The position numbers were made by a program, and so were the translations under genes. From contig CAVUDP010000003.1 in the NCBI GenBank assembly GCA_963740315.1, forward strand, positions 1 to 64,000: DNA of 64,000 bases, read 5' to 3'. This document shows positions 1 to 8,025 of the stretch, piece by piece; positions within the stretch are counted from its first letter, which is position 1, and each line of letters opens with the position of its first letter. The notes below the pieces were generated by a model. It searched no databases, had not been told where the DNA came from, and was given only the letters and a program-made list of their open reading frames with translations. This DNA is from an uncultured cyanobacterium (GTDB taxonomy: Bacteria; Cyanobacteriota; Cyanobacteriia; Cyanobacteriales; Nostocaceae).

Positions 1-467
1 GAACAAGTTTAGAAAATGCGGATGCAGTATGTTTAAAAAGAACTAGAAGCCGCATTCCTAGATTAGTTGGAAAACTTCAAAATGCTGGCATAAAGCCTGA
101 ACAAAATATTGAAGCATTTATTAATAATTTAGACCAGTGGAATCAAGCTTCTCCTCGTGTGTCTGATGCTTTTCCTAAAAGATATGCTGACGGTTTAAAG
201 AAAGGATTAAAAGGTAAAGAAGCCATATTATGGGCAAGGGTTGAAGCTTTTCGTAAACGTAATGGTGAGCTTGAAGCAGGGAATTCAAGAGTAGGTTTAT
301 TTTCGATTTGTGCTAACCCTCAAAATACTTACTACAATACGAGGCTACGACAATATTCAATGTGGTCGGAACGTTGGAGATGGAATTGCATTGCTTTAGA
401 CCAAAAACGCAGACTAGAAGCTATCAATAAAGTATTGCTGAAAAATACTAACAATTTAATCAATTAA
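1..467 (+). CDS. Hypothetical protein, 5'-truncated by the window edge (cargo of putative hupS element)
   Basis: The frame of the 159..467 ORF is open back to position 3 (TSLENADAVCLKRTRSRIPRLVGKLQNAG...), so the true start lies upstream of the window. No family recognised with confidence. Confidence 0.7.
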   Translation, partial: TSLENADAVCLKRTRSRIPRLVGKLQNAGIKPEQNIEAFINNLDQWNQASPRVSDAFPKRYADGLKKGLKGKEAILWARVEAFRKRNGELEAGNSRVGLFSICANPQNTYYNTRLRQYSMWSERWRWNCIALDQKRRLEAINKVLLKNTNNLIN

Positions 468-650
468 AATATCGGTGGATTGTGAATGCGCTTCTATAAA
501 GGCTTTTATAATATACAAAAGTAAATCAGAAATTACGATAGTTTTACATCTTGCTTAATATTTACGTGATGAGAATAATTACTTACAGTTTTATAAATCA
601 TCATATTCTCATCCGAGACTGTTCAATATTTTCCATATAAAGGATTTATC

Positions 651-1844
651 ATGTTCGTCTTTCCTCGTTTAACTGAAATTGAAGCTCAAATTAAAGCATT
701 ACAAGCTGAATCAGAAAAAGTGAGAGAAATTAGTAACATTGCAGATGCAGCCTTGAATGCAATTGCTAATACTCATACTCAGTTGCAAGATTTATCTTTG
801 AGCGAAGAAGAGTTAATAATGTGGCAGAACAAGGTCATTGGTGCAGCGGGTATTTTTAAGCCTGCAAATTCTAAATCAACTATCGAAAAAGAAAATGTAG
901 AGCTAAAGCAAGAGATTCAAAATCTAAAAGCAAGATTAGAAGAATTCTCCAAAATTGATGAAGTTGAAAAATTACAGCAACAATTAAAAGAAGAGCGCAC
1001 TAGGTACGCTGATAAAATAGAAGAAGTTTCCAATAAATTTTTAGAATTAGAGCAGGAAAACAAAATATTGAAAAATCTTGTTGAGGAAACTATAGTCAAT
1101 CCTGACATTGAAAAACTACGAAGTGAGAAAGAAAATTTAGCTCATTCACTACACGAATACAAATGTAAATATTTAGATGCTTACGGTGACATTAAACTCT
1201 TAAAAACAAGACTCGGCGAAGATAATGAACAATATCAAGAGCAGCATCCAAAAATGGAAAAAGTCTTTGATATTATTCCAACAAAACCTAAAAATTTTAC
1301 AGTTGGAGATTTAGTACAAATTGTTGGAGAATTACACGCGGGTCAAGTTGGGAGAATTATAAATGTTGAATTCTCTTTATTTAAGGTCGCAATTCCTGTC
1401 GGAACTTTCGCTTTTGAGGCTAAAGATTTAGCATTAGTTATAGAGGAAGATGGTGAAGATAACAAGCAAATTTCTGAGTCACCAAAAGTTGAAGAGATAA
1501 ACACTGGGAAACCTACAACCTGCAATGAACAAGAAATAGAAGAGTTTCTGAAAGGCTTAGTTAAAAGTAAGAAAGCTAGAGAAAATTTGACCTGGGAAAG
1601 TATTCGGAAGATAGCGAGAAGAGATACTAGTTTCTTCAGAATAATTCAATTGATGCGTAAAACTGCAAAACAGAGCGAGATTTTTAGTGAGCTACATAAT
1701 AGTGGCTTTGCTGATTTGTTGGTGAAGCACATTGAAAGCACCGGCGACCGCAGTGATTTTGACTGGATTCCCAATCGATTAAAGAAGCAGGTTGAATCAC
1801 GGATTGTTAATGCACCCGAACAATTGACCATGCTTATTGCATAA
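651..1844 (+). CDS. Hypothetical coiled-coil protein with a KOW/SH3-like segment
   Basis: Long E/K/L-rich heptad region, followed by FTVGDLVQIVGELHAGQVGRII, which resembles a KOW motif. AAGGA RBS upstream. Confidence 0.65.
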   Translation: MFVFPRLTEIEAQIKALQAESEKVREISNIADAALNAIANTHTQLQDLSLSEEELIMWQNKVIGAAGIFKPANSKSTIEKENVELKQEIQNLKARLEEFSKIDEVEKLQQQLKEERTRYADKIEEVSNKFLELEQENKILKNLVEETIVNPDIEKLRSEKENLAHSLHEYKCKYLDAYGDIKLLKTRLGEDNEQYQEQHPKMEKVFDIIPTKPKNFTVGDLVQIVGELHAGQVGRIINVEFSLFKVAIPVGTFAFEAKDLALVIEEDGEDNKQISESPKVEEINTGKPTTCNEQEIEEFLKGLVKSKKARENLTWESIRKIARRDTSFFRIIQLMRKTAKQSEIFSELHNSGFADLLVKHIESTGDRSDFDWIPNRLKKQVESRIVNAPEQLTMLIA

Positions 1845-1872
1845 CTTCAAATAAGCCCTATTATGTCGTCCA

Positions 1873-2802
1873 GTGCAGGAGTTGAATACAGTGCAAGTAG
1901 TGGAATTATTTGCAGGTGGTGGTGGGGTTGCTTGTGGAATTAAAGAAGTTATTCCTAATGCAGAAGTTTGGGCAGTAGAATTTGACCCAACCAACACAAA
2001 ATTAAGCGAAAAGATTGCTGACAATTATCGAAAGAATTTCCCAAACCACAACCTAATTAGTAAATCAGTAGAGCAATGTCAAGAACAAGGGTGGGCTGAA
2101 TTTCCAATTAATCCCGACTTACTTTGGGCATCCACTGTTTGCTGTAATTTCAGTATTGCCAAATGTCAAAAAATTGAAACGACGAATGACTTTGATATGG
2201 CGATATCAACGATGGGAGCAGTCTTTAATTTACAACCAAAGCATTTTGTATTAGAGAATGTACCGGGTTACAAAAATTCTAATACTTTTAAGTTTTTGAT
2301 TTGCCAAAATCTTAAAGCAATGGGCTACAAATTTGAATGGTCAATTTGCAAAGTGTCGTCAATTCAAAAAAGATATAGAATTATCCTACGTGCATCGAAA
2401 AGTGAAAAGTTACTTGAAGAGGTCAGCCTCGGAACTGTTGTTGATTGGTGGGATGTTATCAAAGATATCCCCGCAGAGAACAGCGATAAAGATCCAATGC
2501 AGGTGGATTTACCAACCTGGAAGTTTAGAATAGGTAGAAGGTCTAAGCCTGTTGCTTCGGACAGGTCATTTCCAACAATAATTAAGTCTTACTTTATGGA
2601 TGGTAAAGGAGCAAATCGAAATAAATTTGCTGATATATTTTTACCAGATGGTACTGTTAGGTTGGCGAATATGGAAATGATTAAACGTCTGAGTGACTTT
2701 CCCTTATGGTATCAACTGAGCGGAACGACATCGGTAGACGGTGCCATTCTAGGTAATGCTGTGCCCCCTACATTTGTATCAAGACTATGGCAAGGATTTT
2801 AA
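1873..2802 (+). CDS. C5-cytosine DNA methyltransferase, orphan, with atypical motif IV
   Basis: Motif I ELFAGGGG, motif IV-like LLWASTVCCNFS, motif VI ENV, motif VIII QKRYR, motif X GNAVPP. Confidence 0.85.
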   Translation: MQELNTVQVVELFAGGGGVACGIKEVIPNAEVWAVEFDPTNTKLSEKIADNYRKNFPNHNLISKSVEQCQEQGWAEFPINPDLLWASTVCCNFSIAKCQKIETTNDFDMAISTMGAVFNLQPKHFVLENVPGYKNSNTFKFLICQNLKAMGYKFEWSICKVSSIQKRYRIILRASKSEKLLEEVSLGTVVDWWDVIKDIPAENSDKDPMQVDLPTWKFRIGRRSKPVASDRSFPTIIKSYFMDGKGANRNKFADIFLPDGTVRLANMEMIKRLSDFPLWYQLSGTTSVDGAILGNAVPPTFVSRLWQGF

Positions 2803-3304
2803 CCTATCAACAGCATTAACAGAACAGATTACATCTGAAAGTAGTACTGTTGCCTCAGAGTAAAAGTGGTTTTATTTGACAAGTTTTTGGGATTAATCTT
2901 TTTTTATTGGAGCGAAAATTACATTTATAGAGTTTAAGTAATTGGCGATATCGCATTTCGATAGAATGCGGTAGCGTTTATGAAGTAGCCGAGAGCAACG
3001 CGCATTACAAATTTTAAATAGCTATAATTCTTATATCACAAGCTTTTCACCATATTATCATTTCGGATAATGTGGTACTGCGATTCATTAAACTACCTAA
3101 AATCACGTCTTATTTTATCTAGAGCCGGATTATTCAATTCATATACCCTCTTAAATTTAAGAACTTAAATGATAAATCGTCTTACGAAGCAGATTTGAAG
3201 CCTTCATATTGTATTGTTATAAACAATATCTCAAATAATATACAAAAAGCCTTATATGGTAAGGGCTTGAGCTTTTGCAAAAGTTGTTCTATAGAGAATA
3301 CACT

Positions 3305-3360
3305 AATGACATGGTGTTGCCACTGCAAGCACCACCTTGTAACCATAATAAATTTGCCAT
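3305..3360 (-). CDS. hupS: 5' fragment of uptake [NiFe] hydrogenase small subunit, interrupted after codon 18
   Basis: Manual translation from ATG at 3360 gives MANLLWLQGGACSGNTMS, matching the cyanobacterial HupS N-terminus (M.N.LWLQGGACSGNTMSFLNAEEP). It continues LVYSL-stop (3289). The position, divergent from the hyp cluster, is where hupS is expected. Confidence 0.9.
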
Positions 3361-3551
3361 TTATCAATTATCTATATTAGTAATGCCCGAATATGGTGTT
3401 TACTTTTAAGCTTTTACCTTCGAGTTTACATACTCTACTTCTTTTAATATCAGTCAGTTTTTAATTAAGTTGTTCATCTGTTCACATAAATTTTTATAAC
3501 CTATTGCAAATAAATACTAATAATTTTGATAAAACAGTTATTAAAAGTACA

Positions 3552-3581
3552 TTGACAATGATAATTAATCAGGAATAATAT
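3552..3581 (+). promoter_or_regulatory. Candidate sigma70-type promoter for the TPR/hyp cluster
   Basis: TTGACA-N18-TAATAT, with an adjacent one-mismatch NtcA-like box (GTT-N8-TAC, 3537-3550). The AT-rich context makes chance matches likely. Confidence 0.3.
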
Positions 3582-4015
3582 ATAAGTATTATATTTAATC
3601 TCAATGTAAATTATTAATGTAATAATAACAATTAAAGACTAAAAATACAGGATATTACTTAGAATTAGCTTCATAGCTATCGTATGTAATACAATATTTA
3701 AAACTTAACAATTAAACTCATTGAGATTTTAATGTGATTTAATTTACTTTAAATTGTTTATTTATAATAAACAAATATTCTAAGAAAAACTTTAAATTCA
3801 TATTTTGATCTTGTTCGTATTGCTAACTTGGGAATATAATAAATCAATAGGGTAGTAAACAATTAAATAAATTTTAATTGTTAACCGCAACATCAAATAA
3901 ATAATTGCATTTCCCCAGGCTTGTCTACCGTCCAAGCTTATAAAGAATAAAGCTGAATACGAATTGTATAGAAAGCTTAAAGTAAGCATGAACGAAAGTC
4001 CATTCCAAGTTACAG

Positions 4016-4978
4016 ATGGTAATGAACAATAGCATCACGGATTCTGCTGTAAAAGCGGCGATGGAAGCAATTGCTGATACTTCAGCTACAGAGCAAGAAA
4101 AAATAGAGATGCTGATTGAGGTAGCACAAGGATTTGTAAAAAAGCCTAAAACTCCCCAAGATTTATATAATGCCATTGTGCTGTACGATAAGGCACAACT
4201 CTTGTGCGGTGAGGATTTTCCCTTATACAAAGCTCGCGCTAAAGTTGGTAAAGGTGTTGCATTGCAGGCTATTCCGTCAGAAAACCTAGAGTTGGTTTTA
4301 CAAGCGAAAACTGCCTACGAAGAAGCGCTACCGATACTTGAAGAATTAGCCTCACCGGAAGAAACAGCAGAAGCTCATCTGAATCTAGGTGTAGTATTGC
4401 AATCATTAGCATCATCTAATATGGCGCGGATGACTGATAGCATTCAAGCTTATCAAGATGCTTTACAGATTTTTTCCTGGGATAAATACCCCCAAGAATA
4501 TGCAATCCTACACAACAACATTGCGATCGCTTATCTTTCAATGTCTGGAGGCTCGCAACAACAGTATTTATTTGAAGGCTTGGCAGTACAGTCATTTGAG
4601 GTAGCTTTAAGACGAATTAATCTGATTGAGCATCCGAGAGAATATGCGATGTTGCAAAACAACTTAGGAAACGCATTGCAATATTTACCTTCTTCTCATC
4701 CTTTTGAGAACAATTCGCGGGCTGTTGTAGCTTATAACGAAGCATTGAAAGTGCGTAACCCTAAAGATACACCTATCGAATACGCTAACACTATTGCTAA
4801 CAAAGCCAACGCATTAATTAACTTACCGGATGAACTCCGCAAACCGGAAGCTGGGAATCAGAAAAATCTCTTAAAAGCCCATGACTACTATCAACAAGCT
4901 TTGGAAATATTTACTCAAAACGGACAAATTGAACAAGCACAAGCTGTATCTCAGGCATTAGAAGAATTGGTAATTTAA
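4016..4978 (+). CDS. TPR-repeat protein of the hyp-upstream cluster
   Basis: Repeated YA.L.NN.G/A.A TPR helices, in the position of the conserved hyp-upstream TPR gene of N2-fixing cyanobacteria. Confidence 0.85.
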   Translation: MVMNNSITDSAVKAAMEAIADTSATEQEKIEMLIEVAQGFVKKPKTPQDLYNAIVLYDKAQLLCGEDFPLYKARAKVGKGVALQAIPSENLELVLQAKTAYEEALPILEELASPEETAEAHLNLGVVLQSLASSNMARMTDSIQAYQDALQIFSWDKYPQEYAILHNNIAIAYLSMSGGSQQQYLFEGLAVQSFEVALRRINLIEHPREYAMLQNNLGNALQYLPSSHPFENNSRAVVAYNEALKVRNPKDTPIEYANTIANKANALINLPDELRKPEAGNQKNLLKAHDYYQQALEIFTQNGQIEQAQAVSQALEELVI

Positions 4979-5051
4979 AAATGACCAACTTATACAAGCC
5001 TCTTATTTCTTTAAAAAAATCCAAAATCCAAAATCCAAAATCCAAAATCAA

Positions 5052-5318
5052 ATGACTGATATTTTAACTAACTACGACTTAAGTGGAATGGTGACTAGTT
5101 TAATGGCTGGTAACTTAAACTTACTGACAGGTTTTATATGGTTTATGGTGGCAACAGTTGTATCAATGATTGGTGGTGCAATTGGTGGAATGCTGTTAGC
5201 TGGAGAAGACTTAGGGTATAACTTCGCCGCTATTTTAGGTGGATTATATGGTCCGGCTGGCGTTATTCCCGGCGCAATTTTAGGATTAATCGTACTGAAT
5301 TTATTAAGTAGCTTCTAG
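5052..5318 (+). CDS. Small membrane protein of the hyp-upstream cluster
   Basis: Gly-rich hydrophobic helices (SMIGGAIGGMLLAG); synteny with the hyp cluster. Confidence 0.8.
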   Translation: MTDILTNYDLSGMVTSLMAGNLNLLTGFIWFMVATVVSMIGGAIGGMLLAGEDLGYNFAAILGGLYGPAGVIPGAILGLIVLNLLSSF

Positions 5319-5326
5319 GAGAAATT

Positions 5327-5551
5327 ATGTTAGAAATAGGTTGGTTTTCCGCTAAATTGTTTTTCAAAGGAAAGCTAATGCGGGACAATATGTACTATGT
5401 CAGACAAACATCAATTGGCATTAGTATAACTTTCGGAATACTATTTTTACTCGCACAAACAACAATTCCTTTTTGGGTACCAGTAGTATTATCCAGCTTT
5501 ATCGGCGGCTTGTTTATGCCGTTTTTACTTAAAGATTTGAAAATGAAATGA
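5327..5551 (+). CDS. Small membrane protein of the hyp-upstream cluster
   Basis: Two hydrophobic segments, AGGAG RBS, 8 bp after the previous gene. Confidence 0.8.
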   Translation: MLEIGWFSAKLFFKGKLMRDNMYYVRQTSIGISITFGILFLLAQTTIPFWVPVVLSSFIGGLFMPFLLKDLKMK

Positions 5552-5596
5552 GTTAGTTATTAGTTGTTAGTTGTTAGTGGATAGTTGTTAGTTGTA

Positions 5597-5713
5597 AAGT
5601 AAGTCGGCAGAAATAAACAGAACTATGTAACGGTTGGGTAAATTAGTTTTAAACCCTTACACCTACTACCTACTGCTTTGTTCTAATTACAACTTTCAAC
5701 GCTAACCTACTTA
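5597..5713. mobile_element. MITE-like element (same family as 51350-51480, opposite orientation)
   Basis: Imperfect TIRs AAGTAAGTCGGC / GCTAACCTACTT. The interior aligns with the reverse complement of 51350-51480. Confidence 0.65.
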
Positions 5714-5886
5714 GCTGTCAGTTGTTAATAGCTAGTAAATATTTATTATAGTAATACTTGGCTGCAAGAACGAAATATATTAAGTCCGGGTTTTTGTATA
5801 AATAGTTAATAAAATAACCCGATTATCTTAACAACTAACAATTATCAACTAACAACTATCTACTATCCACTAACAACTATCCTCGA

Positions 5887-6360
5887 ATGAATATAAAAGA
5901 ATTAGTAGAAGAAATAAACCGTTTTGAAGCAATAATCTCAGAATGGGATGAAAGCCAGCGATGTGTTGCGGCAGGTTTAAAGCGAGCTATTGAGGATTTA
6001 CATAAAGAAGCTTTAACGCGAATGATAAAAAGTTTCAAACAAGATTCAATGCCAGCTTTAAAAAATGCCGTTAAAGATGAGGTTGTTTATGGATTACTTT
6101 TATATCATGAATTAGTTAAACCACCGACACCAATTTTAACAAAACGGATTGAAACCGCTCTTGATGCAATTCGTCCCAGTTTACAAAGTCATTCCGGTGA
6201 TGTGGAATTAGTAGGTGTTAAAGAACCAGATACGGTAGAAGTTAAGTTAATTGGAACTTGTGGGAATTGTCCATCTTCTACATTAACTTTATCTCAATTA
6301 GTTGAAACAGCAATTAAAGAATATTGTCCGGAAATCAAACAAGTTATCGCAGTCAAATAA
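5887..6360 (+). CDS. NifU-like (Nfu domain) Fe-S scaffold protein
   Basis: IRPSLQSHSGDVEL...GTCGNCPSSTLTL, the CxxC NifU C-terminal domain. Confidence 0.9.
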   Translation: MNIKELVEEINRFEAIISEWDESQRCVAAGLKRAIEDLHKEALTRMIKSFKQDSMPALKNAVKDEVVYGLLLYHELVKPPTPILTKRIETALDAIRPSLQSHSGDVELVGVKEPDTVEVKLIGTCGNCPSSTLTLSQLVETAIKEYCPEIKQVIAVK

Positions 6361-6461
6361 ATTTTGATTTTTAAGGTTCGTAGTAATAATTTTAATTCTT
6401 AAAATAGAGGACTAAAGTCCTTACTACAAACCTATTAAGAATATAATAATCCCAAATATTA

Positions 6462-7601
6462 ATGTCAAAAATATTGAAAGAAAATGCAGAAATTATTTTA
6501 GGAAAAAGTCTAAAGCCAGGTGAATTAACTGTACCCCTTGCACCAAGCAATATAGAAATGTTTGGTCCTCGTGCTGCCACTTTAACAGAAACTGGTTCTT
6601 TTTGGGTATCGGATACGGGACATCATCGATTATTAGGATGGCGAAATTTACCAACTATAGATAGTCAACCTGCTGATTGGGTAATTGGACAACCAAATTT
6701 TAATTCTGAAGGACAAAATGCTAAAGGTAAACTAGGAAGAAATACCTTAAACGTTCCTACAGGAATCTGTAGCTGTGGTGAAGGATTGGCTGTTGCTGAT
6801 GCTTGGAATCACCGGGTTTTGATTTGGAAAACTCTACCAGAAGATAGCAATGTTCCAGCAGATATAGTATTAGGACAAGCTGATTTTAATAACAATCAAC
6901 CCAATCGCGGAAGTTTGATTGCGGCGGCAAACACTTTAAACTGGTGTTATGGAGTTTTCTATCATCAAGGTAAGCTATTTGTTGCCGATACGGGTAATCG
7001 TCGTTTATTGATTTGGCATCAGTTACCAGAAGAAAACGGACAACCAGCGGATGTTGTTTTAGGACAAGCCGATATGACATTCCGCGATGAAAATGGGGGT
7101 GGTAATCCTACTGCTTCTACCATGCGTTGGTGTCACGATATTACTGTTTGGGATAATAATTTAGTTGTCACGGATGCGGGTAATAATCGCGTCATGATTT
7201 GGCAAGGAATCCCTACAGAAAATAATTCTCCTTGTACGGTGGTTTTAGGACAAAAAACTTTTGATTTAGTAGAGATGAATCAAGCCGTTTATTTTCCTAA
7301 AGCAGATAGTTTAAGTATGCCTTATGGTGTTGCTGCTACTCAAGATTGGTTGTTAGTTACCGATACAGCTAATTCACGGTTATTAGCATGGAAAAAACCA
7401 CAATCAATTTTATCGCTGCAAGGTGCTGATGCCGATTTGGTAATTGGGCAAAATAATTTTTACAGCAAAGGAGAAAATCGTGATTATGGTTTACCAACTC
7501 GCGATAGTTTAAATTGGTCTTATGGTATTAACGTACATAATAATACGGCAGTTATAGCTGATTCTGGTAATAATAGAGTTTTGTTATGGAAAATTAATTA
7601 A
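6462..7601 (+). CDS. NHL-repeat beta-propeller protein
   Basis: Six repeats of V.DtGN.RvL.W...AD.VLGQ. Confidence 0.9.
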   Translation: MSKILKENAEIILGKSLKPGELTVPLAPSNIEMFGPRAATLTETGSFWVSDTGHHRLLGWRNLPTIDSQPADWVIGQPNFNSEGQNAKGKLGRNTLNVPTGICSCGEGLAVADAWNHRVLIWKTLPEDSNVPADIVLGQADFNNNQPNRGSLIAAANTLNWCYGVFYHQGKLFVADTGNRRLLIWHQLPEENGQPADVVLGQADMTFRDENGGGNPTASTMRWCHDITVWDNNLVVTDAGNNRVMIWQGIPTENNSPCTVVLGQKTFDLVEMNQAVYFPKADSLSMPYGVAATQDWLLVTDTANSRLLAWKKPQSILSLQGADADLVIGQNNFYSKGENRDYGLPTRDSLNWSYGINVHNNTAVIADSGNNRVLLWKIN

Positions 7602-7616
7602 CTCACATCTTGCACC

Positions 7617-8006
7617 TTGTAGGGTGTGTTACGGCTCAGATAAATGAAATATAAAATTACTAATTAAATCATGCCGTAACGCACCATTTTATTAGCCTTT
7701 CGATCCAATACAAATACAGTGCGTTAGTATTTATTATTCTCTGAAACTTTCAAAGTTTTGCGTAGCCGTAACATAACGTCAAGAAAGCGGGAGGAACATC
7801 TACACCTTCCGGGTTGGTTAGTTGCACTCTGCGAGAAAGCCTCCGGCTTACATGGGGGAAGCCACTAAAACTCGACTAACTCACCGCTTTTTGCCTCCCC
7901 TACAAGCCATATTTAATAAATAAAAAATACAATGGTGCGTTAGGCGCAGAAGACACATATATTGTTTTAATCCGAATTAATTGTTGCGCCATAACACACC
8001 CTACAA
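7617..8006. repeat. Composite REP/REPIN-like element bounded by 15-bp inverted repeats
   Basis: TTGTAGGGTGTGTTA (7617-7631) is the exact reverse complement of TAACACACCCTACAA (7992-8006). Several internal hairpins. Confidence 0.6.
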
Positions 8007-8025
8007 AGTATTGCCTTCAAAATCT

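Larger units (their letters stand above)
1..3304. mobile_element. One end of a DNA element interrupting hupS (putative heterocyst excision element); other end outside the window
   Basis: HupS similarity stops at ~3305. The leftward DNA carries accessory-type genes (hypotheticals, orphan DNA methylase). No recombinase is visible in the window. Confidence 0.7.

Noticed and set aside
3182..3380. ORFs 3182..3367 (-) and 3195..3380 (+)
   Set aside because: No recognisable protein features; they overlap the real hupS fragment, which is in a different frame.
3471..3486. TGT-N10-ACA as a firm NtcA site for hupS
   Set aside because: Lacks the GTA/TAC core and is easily matched by chance in AT-rich DNA.
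7981..8025. Extended N-termini in the ORF track for hypF (also hypD 10934, hypB 13923, Tab2 47501, MFP 62439)
   Set aside because: The extensions run through REP sequence, upstream genes or non-conserved sequence; family-typical starts lie downstream.
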